In this document: piece after piece, positions 48,393-58,179 of the stretch
Numbering within the stretch: the stretch's first letter is position 1
Layout of the letters: every line of letters begins with the position of its first letter
NCBI GenBank assembly: GCA_963719505.1
Contig: CAVRCF010000005.1
Span: 640,001-704,000 of the forward strand
DNA length: 64,000 nt
DNA from: Halobacteriovoraceae bacterium
Lineage (GTDB): Bacteria; Bdellovibrionota; Bacteriovoracia; Bacteriovoracales; Bacteriovoracaceae
Direction: 5' to 3'
Translations under genes and position numbers: made by a program
Notes under the pieces: model-generated
What the model saw: only the letters and a program-made list of their open reading frames with translations
What the model was told of the DNA's origin: nothing
The model's database searches: none

Positions 48393-49295
48393 CTAGTTTT
48401 TAATGGGAAGGATTAAATAAAAAGTAGTTCCAATCCCCTTCGTGCTTACCACCTCTACGGATCCACCGAGCTTTTCCATATTCTGCTTCACAATCTCAAG
48501 TCCCATACCTCTTCCGGACACGATTGACGGCTGTTTTTTAGTACTCACAAAAGGAAGATAGAGAACTTGTGATTGATCCTGGACACTTACTGAATGATGC
48601 TTTTGCGCTGCTTGCAGAAGGCTTCCAAAATCAACTCCCTCTCCGTCATCATCAACAGAGATTTTTAGGGACTTAAAATCTTTAGTGATAGTCAGACAAA
48701 GTTTATTGATCTTATTTTTACCAATATTTTTTCTTTGGCTTTGCTCTAGAGCACCATGATCACAGGCATTAATCAGAATGTGAACGATTGATGAATCAAT
48801 CAATTGAAGTTGTTGTGGCTCAAGCATTATTTCTACCGTGTTGAAACTCAGAGAAATCTCTTTCTTCAGCTGTTGGCCACAGATCGTGACAAGATTTTTC
48901 CACTTGGGTAAAAGTGAGGATATACACTTTTTCTCTGGAATAAAGTTTCTTCCATTAGGTCCTTCTCTATTCTCTAACCATATTTTGAGTCTTTCATTGA
49001 AGTTTACAACAGTTTGATAAATTTTAGGGCTTAGGAGTGACTTCTCATTATTTAAAAGAAGAAGGCTCTCTGCTTCATGGGCAAAGAGTGAAAGATCACT
49101 TTGCTCCAAAGCCATGGAAGAACCTTTAATAGTGTGAATAATTCTAAAAACCTGATGAAACTTCCGCTGATCTAAATCAAATTTATCAATGTTTTCAAGA
49201 ATAGAATCTAGCTTTACTAAAGACTGAGAAACCTCTTCTAAAAAACATTCATAGAGAGAATCATTTTGGTAAATGACTAATTTTTTTTCACCCAT
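48393..49295 (-). CDS. Minimal CheA-like kinase (Hpt + HATPase, no CheW domain)
   Basis: FRIIHTIKGSS (Hpt His), HILINACDHG, DDDGEG, STK..SGRGMGL and GTTF. Confidence 0.82.
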   Translation of the reverse strand: MGEKKLVIYQNDSLYECFLEEVSQSLVKLDSILENIDKFDLDQRKFHQVFRIIHTIKGSSMALEQSDLSLFAHEAESLLLLNNEKSLLSPKIYQTVVNFNERLKIWLENREGPNGRNFIPEKKCISSLLPKWKNLVTICGQQLKKEISLSFNTVEIMLEPQQLQLIDSSIVHILINACDHGALEQSQRKNIGKNKINKLCLTITKDFKSLKISVDDDGEGVDFGSLLQAAQKHHSVSVQDQSQVLYLPFVSTKKQPSIVSGRGMGLEIVKQNMEKLGGSVEVVSTKGIGTTFYLILPIKN

Positions 49296-49328
49296 TTTTC
49301 TTAAATCCTCTTTTAAGCCTTTGATTTC

Positions 49329-49355
49329 TTATCGGTTTAGAACCTCTTAAATTTA
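49329..49355 (-). promoter_or_regulatory. sigma28-type promoter of the cheA-like gene
   Basis: Minus strand TAAA-N15-ACCGATAA. Confidence 0.75.
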
Positions 49356-49364
49356 AGTCCGATC

Positions 49365-49391
49365 TAAACTTATGCCTGAATTTTCCGATAA
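49365..49391 (+). promoter_or_regulatory. sigma28-type promoter of the cheY-like gene
   Basis: TAAA-N15-TCCGATAA. Confidence 0.75.
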
Positions 49392-49460
49392 GTCCTATAT
49401 CCGAGTAAAACATATTTTTAGGGCGTGTTTTATCTCATCACCGCAAAAGGAGTTCTTACA

Positions 49461-49859
49461 ATGGCTTTTGATCTAAAAAAGAAAATTCTTATTGTAGATG
49501 ACACCCCAACGATCAGAAGAGTTGTTAGTCAAATGCTCCATAGTAAAGGCTGTACGAATGTGGTTGAAGCTGAAGACGGGCAACAGGCTTGGATGATTTT
49601 AGAAAATTGTTTTCAAGAAGGTGAACCTATAGAATTTGTCATGTCTGATTGGAAGATGCCAAATCTATGTGGCCTCAGCCTGATAAAAAAAATGAAGAAT
49701 GATTCTAGGTTTTCTATGATTCCCTTTCTCATGGTCTCTGCAGAAGGTAATAAAGAAAGTGTATTAGAAGCCCATCAGGCCGGCATTACTGACTTTGTTG
49801 TAAAGCCCTTTAGTACCGACGTTCTCGATGAAAAAATAAATGAAATCTTTGCAGCATAA
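49461..49859 (+). CDS. cheY: CheY-like single-domain response regulator (start set at MAFD)
   Basis: ILIVDD, SDWKMP, FLMVSAE and VVKPF; AGGAG RBS. Confidence 0.85.
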   Translation: MAFDLKKKILIVDDTPTIRRVVSQMLHSKGCTNVVEAEDGQQAWMILENCFQEGEPIEFVMSDWKMPNLCGLSLIKKMKNDSRFSMIPFLMVSAEGNKESVLEAHQAGITDFVVKPFSTDVLDEKINEIFAA

Positions 49860-49862
49860 CTG

Positions 49863-50561
49863 TTAAAAATTATCAATAAGATCGGCGTACTGTGAATCAT
49901 CAACAAATATATTTCTATTTCCCTGAATAGTCTCAATGAGATCATTTCGTCTCATCTCCTCAGCATCAACTGGATCAATTTCATTCCAAATTCTTAAGAC
50001 TATCTCTTCCTCTTTTTCAATATGACCATTGTAGCGAAGAGCAAAATAAAACAAAGCTCTTGCTACATTTCCCTTATGCTCAGCTGGCGGCTCGAAAGAT
50101 TGCTCGCCCAAAAGTGGATTGTACCCAACTTTTGATGGTGCACAGTCAGTCATTGGGCTGCTTCTATCTAAATTTGTAAAAGTATGATTGGCCCGCCTAT
50201 TATTTGCCTGAGCATCAGTTGGAAACAAATGATGCAAATCAGACTTTTGAACGACCGATCCTCTTTTAGGAAACTTGCTTTGAGGCCAGGTATGCTCAAT
50301 GTTTATGACAGCCCCGTTTGGCATTGCTTGTGGCCCCACTCTTTTTCTAATAATATTGTGACAGTAAACGTCCCTTACATAAAAGCCGTTAGAGTCTTTT
50401 TCAAGATAGATGTTTTGCAAAAGGTGGCGTTTGGCCTCTCTCCAATCTCTTACAGGTATATGCTTGTCTAATACTAATTCTCGCATTTGATCTCGAAGTT
50501 CGTTGCAAAATCCAATACTTGAATAGATAATAGCTATAATTATTAGGGCTGTGGCTCTCAA
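49863..50561 (-). CDS. Secreted endonuclease I family (His-Me finger) nuclease (TTG start inferred)
   Basis: NIEHTWPQS, SDLHHLFP...ANNRR, KGNVARALFY.ALRY and QGNRN. GAGG precedes the TTG, which opens a signal-like stretch. Confidence 0.88.
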   Translation of the reverse strand: MRATALIIIAIIYSSIGFCNELRDQMRELVLDKHIPVRDWREAKRHLLQNIYLEKDSNGFYVRDVYCHNIIRKRVGPQAMPNGAVINIEHTWPQSKFPKRGSVVQKSDLHHLFPTDAQANNRRANHTFTNLDRSSPMTDCAPSKVGYNPLLGEQSFEPPAEHKGNVARALFYFALRYNGHIEKEEEIVLRIWNEIDPVDAEEMRRNDLIETIQGNRNIFVDDSQYADLIDNF

Positions 50562-50781
50562 CTGACCTTCCTCTTTTAAAGTTTCACCATAGATACAACT
50601 CGTTGTGTCGAAAGAAAAGAAGAATATTTCCAGTGAGTATGATTTACAAACATAAAAACAAGCACTTAGCTTCATAGTCAGAATCTATGGAAACATAGAA
50701 AGAGAATATTTCATAAATCTCAGAAGTTCTGCGAAAATCTTTACAGAGAGTTAACAATTTCTAAAAGCAATAGGAGGCTTA

Positions 50782-51093
50782 ATGAATACACTATCAGAAG
50801 ATAACTTAGCACAAGTAGTGGCCGATAATAAAAATGTCATTGTTCAATACGGAGCTAGCTGGTGCGGCATGTGCAGACTTATTAAGCCCAAGTTTGAGCG
50901 CTTATCCCAAGAAAATGAAGGGATCACGTTTATTTATGTTGATGCTGAAGAGTTTCCGGCTTCAAGAGAATTGGCAAACATTGAGAACCTTCCAACTTTT
51001 GCGGGTTTCAAGGATGGAAAATTAGTGAAGCAAGTTACGAGCAGTAAAGAAGAAAAAATTATGGAGGTCATTAATGAGATTGCCGATCATTAA
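50782..51093 (+). CDS. Thioredoxin family protein
   Basis: WCGMC active site, LPTF cis-Pro motif and AGGAGG RBS. Confidence 0.92.
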   Translation: MNTLSEDNLAQVVADNKNVIVQYGASWCGMCRLIKPKFERLSQENEGITFIYVDAEEFPASRELANIENLPTFAGFKDGKLVKQVTSSKEEKIMEVINEIADH

Positions 51094-51334
51094 AACTCTT
51101 GTCGAGTTCATTGAAAAAAATGATGAAGACTACCTGATTGAAACTGAAGAAGTTCTTGAAGCTTTAGCAGGATCAAAAGGGATAAAAGACGAAGAAATTG
51201 AAGTCATAGCTGAGATTTTATCTAATATCTCTGGGGCAAGAGAAGTTAATAAAAAATTAAAATCTGGCAGTGATAAAAAAGATGCTTTAAATGAGTTTAT
51301 GCAACGAGTACTAGGATCGATAGACAAAAAATGA
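51074..51334 (+). CDS. Small acidic helical protein (DUF6952-like)
   Basis: MRLPIIK.L..FIE.NDEDY..ET.EVLE...ALN.FM.RVLGSID. Family recalled from memory; overlaps the thioredoxin gene. Confidence 0.65.
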   Translation: MRLPIIKTLVEFIEKNDEDYLIETEEVLEALAGSKGIKDEEIEVIAEILSNISGAREVNKKLKSGSDKKDALNEFMQRVLGSIDKK

Positions 51335-51852
51335 AAACTTTATTTTCTCTACTCTTTTTAATAATAACGATGGGATGTTCAAGCGTGAGTTATAAAAAAA
51401 CAGCAAAAGATGTTGACCTACAAAAATTTATGGGAACTTGGAATGTTCAAGCTGGGCGATTTACTTTTCTCGAGCGCGATGTTCATAACGGCAAAGAAAT
51501 TTACACGTGGAATGAAAAAGAGCAGAGAATTGATATTGAGTTTACTTACAATAAAGGCTCACTTGATGGAGACGTGAAATCTGTTCCTCAAAAAGGCTGG
51601 GTTCACAATAAAAAAACGAATGCCCACTGGAAGGTATCCCCTTTTTGGCCTTTAAAATTCGACTACCTCATCATCTACCTTAGTGAAGACAAAAATTGGA
51701 CGGCAATAGGTGTTCCAAGTCAGAGCTACCTATGGGTGATGAGTAGAGAGAAAAATCCAACGAGAGAAAAAGTTGATGAGGTCTTAGAGACTGTTAAGAA
51801 ATTAGGTTACGACACAAGCTCAATTGAATATGTAGAGCACAGTAAAAACTAA
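51331..51852 (+). CDS. Bacterial lipocalin (Blc-like) lipoprotein
   Basis: Lipobox TMG-C, VDLQKFMGTW (SCR1), FWP..DY and YLWVMSR (SCR3). Confidence 0.9.
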   Translation: MKTLFSLLFLIITMGCSSVSYKKTAKDVDLQKFMGTWNVQAGRFTFLERDVHNGKEIYTWNEKEQRIDIEFTYNKGSLDGDVKSVPQKGWVHNKKTNAHWKVSPFWPLKFDYLIIYLSEDKNWTAIGVPSQSYLWVMSREKNPTREKVDEVLETVKKLGYDTSSIEYVEHSKN

Positions 51853-52230
51853 TTTTAAACACCAACCTACTGTTCTAGGCCAATTCGATCTGACTAAAGA
51901 CTTAATAAGATCATCAGATGAATCATGAATGAGTTTAGAATGGATAGGAACATTGACAAAAAAGGTCCAAGCCCAAATAAAGAGAAGTGTTAAGAAGCTC
52001 AGAACAAACCAAATATTCTTGTAAAGCGTAAGAGTTAAAACTAATCCGCTGAATAATTCGATAACCATAACAGGCATCACAACAAAAGTGACAGCACTCA
52101 TGTGAAACTGTTGAAAATCATCATATTTCTTTTTGTCAACGAAGCGAAAGCTTGGATAATGAACCACTTGTATTGTCCAAATAAGCCCAACAAGAAAAAT
52201 ATTTGAATAAAGATATAAAGTCTCAGTCAT
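51820..52230 (-). CDS. Small integral membrane protein, last gene of the photolyase operon
   Basis: GLIWTIQVVHYPSF, 3-4 hydrophobic segments and VPIH..L..NWPRT. Confidence 0.7.
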   Translation of the reverse strand: MTETLYLYSNIFLVGLIWTIQVVHYPSFRFVDKKKYDDFQQFHMSAVTFVVMPVMVIELFSGLVLTLTLYKNIWFVLSFLTLLFIWAWTFFVNVPIHSKLIHDSSDDLIKSLVRSNWPRTVGWCLKLVFTVLYIFN

Positions 52231-53311
52231 TTCTGATGGCCTCCCATGGGTCTTTGATACCAGGATTATACTTATTTAAGTAACTTAATTGGGGGTCGTA
52301 GTTTTTCATCTGTTTGACGATATTAAAAAACCTTGGTCCTCTTGAGTCAGTCCCCCAGCCAGACAAATAAAGCCAATTCCCCCAATTAGAGTATAAGTCA
52401 TAATCAATTAAAAAGAGTTGAAAAAACCAAGCCCCATACCTCCAATCAAGATCGGTACAATTTATAAGGTAGCTGGCATATATTTGACGAGATCTATTTG
52501 ACAAAGTTCCTTCATTCATAAGTTCCTTATTCATCGCCTCGATTAAAGGGTTTGCGTTCATGGCCTCTAAATATTTACTTAGATCTATTTTATCAAGATG
52601 AAAATCTCCTCCATCGAGACCTCTCGATCGAAAGAAATCACAACCGTGTTCAACGTAAAGCCAATAGAAATACTCTCTCCAAAGAAGTTCGACTTTTATC
52701 CAATACGTGGACTTATTACTCCCATTTACTTTTTCATATTGATTGACGGCTTTAACTATTTCAAAAGGATGTAATTGTCCAAGGTTGAGATACTTTGAGA
52801 AACCTGTCGAGAAATGATGTCCATGGAGTTTGTTTCGTGTCTCAAAGTATTGTGAAGCATATTTATGACTGAAATAATTTTCAAGATAACTTGTGGCTTC
52901 AGTTTTTTTTGAGCTAAATGTATCATTAAATGAAAAAGCTATAGGCTCAGCTTTTTTACGAAAAAATGAAAATGACATTTTAGGCTTAGTCTCTTTTTCA
53001 AATTCTGCATTTAATAAATAATTAAGATGTCTATGACCAGTTTTTATATTTCTAGAGGCCTCATAAAAACCCTCAAGGGATTCTCCAGCTTCGTACTCTT
53101 TATCCCAACTACCTACGACCTCAATACCGCTTGCATCGCTAAAATGTCTAAACTGATCACGCTTGTATTTATCAAAGAGAAAATGATTATCCTCAAGGCC
53201 TATAAAAGGCTGTCCCTGAAGATGAACCTCATCTCTAAAGAGTTTTACGTCGCCATTTTCTAAAATTGGGTTGATGCTAAAACGCAAAGCGTTTCTAACG
53301 ATGGTTACCAT
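52223..53311 (-). CDS. CRY-DASH-like cryptochrome/photolyase with a shortened N-terminal domain
   Basis: YFETRN, STGFSKYL..G, NKSTYW..ELLWREYF, SNRSRQ..ASYL, DWR.GA and LIDYD..SNWGNW. Confidence 0.8.
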   Translation of the reverse strand: MVTIVRNALRFSINPILENGDVKLFRDEVHLQGQPFIGLEDNHFLFDKYKRDQFRHFSDASGIEVVGSWDKEYEAGESLEGFYEASRNIKTGHRHLNYLLNAEFEKETKPKMSFSFFRKKAEPIAFSFNDTFSSKKTEATSYLENYFSHKYASQYFETRNKLHGHHFSTGFSKYLNLGQLHPFEIVKAVNQYEKVNGSNKSTYWIKVELLWREYFYWLYVEHGCDFFRSRGLDGGDFHLDKIDLSKYLEAMNANPLIEAMNKELMNEGTLSNRSRQIYASYLINCTDLDWRYGAWFFQLFLIDYDLYSNWGNWLYLSGWGTDSRGPRFFNIVKQMKNYDPQLSYLNKYNPGIKDPWEAIRND

Positions 53312-54740
53312 GATTCCTCTTTCGTGCATGTTTGTCTAAAATGGAACGTGAGTTTCTCTTCGAGGCTTTAGAGTCCTTAGTACCCCAAAGGATATCCCTG
53401 GCTTCTTTATTAGAAAGCTCTGCATCGACAATTCGCTTTGGATAATTTTTTCCAACTTTAAAATCATACATTATCTGATCCATCTCACTCATTAACCACG
53501 GCTCGTGAATAAACTTTACTGGAAGATGAGCAAGTTGTGGCACCCATTTTTTTATAAACTCTCCCTCTTTGTCTTTCTCTTTAGACTGCTTAACTGGATT
53601 GTAGACCCGAAGTGTATTAATTCCCGTGGTGCCAGCTTGCATTTGAAATTGAGAAAAATGAATTCCTGGCTCATAGTCTAAAAATTGACGGGCCAAAAAG
53701 CCGGCTCCTGCCTGCCATGGTTGCCACAAAGAATGAGTGAGAAAAGATACCACTAATGCTCTTAGCCTAAAATTGAGATAGCCTGTCTCGACGACACATC
53801 TCATTGCCGCATCAACCAGTGGATATCCAGTCTGCCCCTCTTTCCACGCCTTAATTTTTTTCTTATCTTTTTTCTGTCGAACACCATTAAAAGCCGAATT
53901 TAGATTTTCAAATTCAATGCGAGGCTCAGATTCAAGTTTTTGAATAAAGTGGCAATGCCATTTCAAGCGCGCCATAAACTGGTCAAGAGAACGCTTGTTC
54001 TTTACATTCTTCCCGGCCTGCTCACAGGCTTGATAGATCTGTCTAATAGAGATATTTCCCCAAGAAAGATAGGCCGACATCTTTGAGCTAAAATATTGAC
54101 TCTTTTCAGGGTAGGATAAAGAGCCCCAATAGCTTTCAACCTTTTTTTCAAGAAATTCACTTAGCATCACTTTAGCGAGGTGCTCTCCACCGGTTATCAT
54201 CTTCGCTTTTGGAGTTTGAACTTGATCTAAAATATCTTTTGGCAAATGAAACCTCTCAGCGACTTCAAAGACTTGCATCTGAGATAGATCTTGTTCCTGT
54301 ATCTGAGGAGCTTTGACGTATTGAATCCAGTTTTGGTCCCAGCCTGCTCTTTGACTAAGACCTCTTATAACTCCATAAGGAGAGAATTCATGCCAAGGAA
54401 TTTTTTCCTTTTTAAAAAGTTGGGCCACTTCCCTATCTCTTTTATAAGTTAAATCATTTCCGGTCTCCGCATGGGAGAAGACAGTGATGTCACCAAATCG
54501 GGCTGCAAGCTGTGTAAAGACCTCGAGTGCTTCTGCATAAAAAAGATGAACCTTGACTCCTCTTTTTTCTAAATCGAGAATTGATTCATAAACAAAACGC
54601 CAATGCCTAATATCAAAGTCGTAGTTAAAAGAGACTGATGGTTCAAAAATATAAATAAAGACAAAAGGTTTCGAGGACGCTTTAGCAAGAGGAAGATGAT
54701 CACTTAGTCGCAAATCTCTTTTTAGCCAGACTATATTCAA
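53295..54740 (-). CDS. Cryptochrome/deoxyribodipyrimidine photolyase family protein (TTG start)
   Basis: IVWLKRDLRLSDH, S.MSAYLSWG.IS.RQ, W.EGQTGYPLVDAAMR, FLDYEPGIH and RVYNP.KQ. Confidence 0.9.
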   Translation of the reverse strand: MNIVWLKRDLRLSDHLPLAKASSKPFVFIYIFEPSVSFNYDFDIRHWRFVYESILDLEKRGVKVHLFYAEALEVFTQLAARFGDITVFSHAETGNDLTYKRDREVAQLFKKEKIPWHEFSPYGVIRGLSQRAGWDQNWIQYVKAPQIQEQDLSQMQVFEVAERFHLPKDILDQVQTPKAKMITGGEHLAKVMLSEFLEKKVESYWGSLSYPEKSQYFSSKMSAYLSWGNISIRQIYQACEQAGKNVKNKRSLDQFMARLKWHCHFIQKLESEPRIEFENLNSAFNGVRQKKDKKKIKAWKEGQTGYPLVDAAMRCVVETGYLNFRLRALVVSFLTHSLWQPWQAGAGFLARQFLDYEPGIHFSQFQMQAGTTGINTLRVYNPVKQSKEKDKEGEFIKKWVPQLAHLPVKFIHEPWLMSEMDQIMYDFKVGKNYPKRIVDAELSNKEARDILWGTKDSKASKRNSRSILDKHARKRNHGNHR

Positions 54741-56201
54741 GACGTTTTATCCTTAATAAAAGACTTTGCGGCTTTAAAGATTCGGTCTTTTTTTTCACTA
54801 TCCATTTTATCCAGTGGCACTTATCATCATATTCATTCGCGGCTGTTTTTTGAAAAAGTTTTTTCTGCGATCAATAAAGAGCCAATAAAGACCGTCTACT
54901 GTATCGCACCAATCGCCTTTGGGATAATGACTCATTTTTCTTATATAATTTGAGCCCGAAATATAAGGTTTCGTTGCAAATATTCCACCGTCACTAAACT
55001 GCCCCATACCAAAGACATTTGGGCCCATGACCCAATCACTTGAATCGACGTACATCTCCATAAACCATTTATAGACCTCTTGAGGATCTATCTCACTCAT
55101 GAGCATAATATTTGATATGACCATCAATCTTTCAATATGATGACCGTATCCATACTCCTGGGCTTTTTTAATAGCATCATCCAGCGGAGGAATTCCTGTC
55201 GTCCCCTCGTACCAATCTTTTGTGAGCTTACCTTTGTGCTCAAAAAAGTTTCTTTTCTGTTGCTCCTCATCAAAATTGTCATATATTCCTCTGACAAATT
55301 CCCTCCACCCCAAAACTTGACGGATAAATCCCTCTTTTGCGTTCAAGGGAACATCTGCTTCTTTTACTTTTTCGATAACTTCTTCAGGTGTAATAAAACC
55401 GATATTCATAAAAGGGCTTAGAAGTGAATGGTATAGAAATGGATCACGAGTATCAATGGCGTCTTGGTAATCACCAAAAAGTTCAAAGCGCTCATCAAGA
55501 AAACGATTAAACCAATAAAGAGCTGACCTTCTGGAGACAGGAATCCAGAAGTTTTCACAGCTTCCAGGGTGATCACTGAAAAACTTATCGACCAGAGATT
55601 TCACTTCATCAACATGATCATCTTTAATATTTTTAATCGGATTTGTAATGACCTTTGTATTTTTTGGTATTTTTTTTCTATTCTCAGAGTCGTAAGAGTA
55701 CTTGCCGCCAACAGGATTGCCATCCTCCTCCATTAGAACATCAAACCTTTTTCTATTTTGTTCATAAAAAGTTTTCATAAAAGGCTTTTTGGAACCTTTT
55801 AAATATTCTCGGAAGTTTTCTTTTGAAACCATAAACATTGGACTGGCTTCGATAAATAATTCAATGTCATTATCTTGGCAAAACGTCTCTACTTTTTGGT
55901 GAAAAAAGTGATCTGCAATCTCAAAGGTTTTAATCTTTTTGGTTTTTAATTTTTTTGTTGTTTTCAAAAGACAGTCAAAAAACTGTTCATTTTCTTGCAA
56001 TTTGAAGTAATGAACTTTCTTGTCTCTGTCTGTAAGCTCATCTTTAAAGTGGCGCATACTAGCGAGAAAGAAAATTATTTTATGCTTGTGATATTTGTAA
56101 TGAGTACACAAAGAGACATCTTCACACATAAAGACATGACTATCATCATCATAGTATTTTGTAGGGAATAATTGGTTGCCAAGGATCAGTCTTAAAGTCA
56201 T
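54737..56201 (-). CDS. Prokaryotic (6-4) photolyase-type protein (PhrB/CryB, FeS-BCP clade); +1 frameshift near 54816 truncates the last ~25 aa in this sequence
   Basis: LILGNQLF, HKHKI..F..SMRHF, GGKYSYDSENRK, EGFIRQVLGWREF, HHIERLM and TKPYISGSNYI. The shifted frame continues LDKMDSEKKDRIFKAAKSFIKDKTS-stop, overlapping the next TTG (TTGA). Confidence 0.9.
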
Positions 56202-56266
56202 GACTAATCCTAGCAATTTAGGAGTTCTTTTCCTATTTTAGATTATTACACAAAGCCTAGACTTTC

Positions 56267-58120
56267 TTATTGAAAGGTTTCTACGCTATCAACCGGTTTG
56301 TCAGTATTACCATCATAAGAGTGGCCACCGAGGATACCAAGCTTAGAGTTCCAATTAACCACTTGAGAGAATCCCTTTGACTCTCCAAGATAACGCCCAG
56401 TGTGGTACCATCTATTTTTGGTAAAGCTATATTCGTAGATGTGGCGAACATATTCATATTCCCACTGTCCAAGCTTAAGCATACCGCCAAAAACAAAAGC
56501 GGAGTCCGACAGATTACCAGCCGCTGGTGCGAAGGTTGCAAAGGGAAGAGGAGCTAATTGAGTAAAGACTTTTAACAGGGGATCAAATTCAACAAATTCA
56601 TCTAAAAGAGCGAAATGACTTCCCCCCTCACTTATTCCTCCCACAAAATAGACTTTTCCATCTTTTGCAAAACCTGAGAACGCTCTTCTTTTACTAGGCA
56701 TTTTCTCTTTTAATGTTTTAAAGGAATTAGTCAGGATATCATAGACGTCAACTTCATCGTGGAAAACGCCATCAATATCGTCTTCAAACTTTGGAGTACT
56801 ATCCCAGCCACCCAAAAGGTAGACTTTTGTTCCAATTTGAACAGATAGATTGGAAGATCTTTTTCTTGGCATTGTTCCTATCTCTTCCCATTTATTATTT
56901 TTTATATCGTATCTTTCAACGATATCTAATGACTTCCAAGCCGGACTGGTTGACCCCTCGTAGGCAAAGCCACCAAAAGCGTAAATAAAGTTTCCGTAAG
57001 CGGCAACTTGAAACCCATGACATGGATTAATTCTTGGGGCTAAGTTTTCCCAGGTCTGAGTTTTTGTATTAAAAGCGGTCATTCTTCCTGTAAAAGACTC
57101 TGGTGGGTATGTATGCTCTGCTCCTTGGTGTCCTCCTACCACATAGATTTTTCCATTGTGATAAATAGAACCAAATGAAGATCGAGGAGTTCCCGGCATT
57201 TTTGGAAGATCATTTTGCTTATACTTTAAGACACCTGTCATTCTTGGCGCGTAAAAACTAACACCAGGTTTTGAGATTAACTTAACCTCTTGCTCTTTTT
57301 GTTTTTTCCAAGATGCTTCTGATTGTTTATAAATAGAAAAGATCCCATTTTCTAACCTGTCAGTTGTATAGATCAGATTATTATAGTGATCAAAAGCTGG
57401 CGAAAAGTCTCTATCAAGGTGTGACGTTACTTTTATTGTCGTCTTTTCAATCACATCATAAATATGGATATCCCAGTTTGTATCAATCTTTTTTGTAAAG
57501 GCTATATATCTTTCATCTTTACTAAGGCTAGGAGACATTCCTTCAGAGACAACAATCTCTTTGTCAGTATTGAGATCAAAAAGAACAATCTCTTTTAGTT
57601 TATTTGTATTTCTTTGATAGACAATTTTTTCACCCGATTCAAAAGGAGTTGGAAAGTATCCATTTCCAAGCTTTTCAAGAACTGTTTCAGGTGCTTTATA
57701 GATAAGATACCCATTTTGAATACTTGGTCGAATAGATCGTCGAGAAAGTTCTAAATCAATTTTTACTATCTTATTCACTCCCCCAATATTCTTTGAGTAA
57801 AAAAGAAGATTTGCATTGTCAGAAAATTTAGGTTGTAAAACAAATCCCGGGACAGACCACTTCTCTTTGATTGAGTTTTGTCTATTTTCAACAATCACTT
57901 CCAGAGACTTTTGATCACTCCCTTTTACATAAGTTAAAAAGGTTCCATCATTTGATATATCTGGGTACAAGTTCCAGTCGCTACCGCTTGTGAGGAGGCC
58001 ATAGCTAGAATTATCTTTTGAAAGCCCCACATGTTTTGCTCCAGCTCCTTCTACTAAGAAGACCATTTCACTGGCGATCAAATTAAATGAAATTAAAGAA
58101 AGAAATAGTAATATACGCAT
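56267..58120 (-). CDS. Secreted two-propeller protein: TolB-like/PD40 repeats plus Kelch repeats
   Basis: Signal peptide; PDISNDG, SPSLSKD and SPAFD repeats; then IYVVGG, IYAFGG, VYLLGG, VYFVGG, FVFGG and ILGG Kelch repeats. Confidence 0.85.
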   Translation of the reverse strand: MRILLFLSLISFNLIASEMVFLVEGAGAKHVGLSKDNSSYGLLTSGSDWNLYPDISNDGTFLTYVKGSDQKSLEVIVENRQNSIKEKWSVPGFVLQPKFSDNANLLFYSKNIGGVNKIVKIDLELSRRSIRPSIQNGYLIYKAPETVLEKLGNGYFPTPFESGEKIVYQRNTNKLKEIVLFDLNTDKEIVVSEGMSPSLSKDERYIAFTKKIDTNWDIHIYDVIEKTTIKVTSHLDRDFSPAFDHYNNLIYTTDRLENGIFSIYKQSEASWKKQKEQEVKLISKPGVSFYAPRMTGVLKYKQNDLPKMPGTPRSSFGSIYHNGKIYVVGGHQGAEHTYPPESFTGRMTAFNTKTQTWENLAPRINPCHGFQVAAYGNFIYAFGGFAYEGSTSPAWKSLDIVERYDIKNNKWEEIGTMPRKRSSNLSVQIGTKVYLLGGWDSTPKFEDDIDGVFHDEVDVYDILTNSFKTLKEKMPSKRRAFSGFAKDGKVYFVGGISEGGSHFALLDEFVEFDPLLKVFTQLAPLPFATFAPAAGNLSDSAFVFGGMLKLGQWEYEYVRHIYEYSFTKNRWYHTGRYLGESKGFSQVVNWNSKLGILGGHSYDGNTDKPVDSVETFQ

Positions 58121-58179
58121 ATAAATCCTTGTAGAGTGTTTATACGCTATTACACATTAAGTTTGTTTGATATGTCAAA

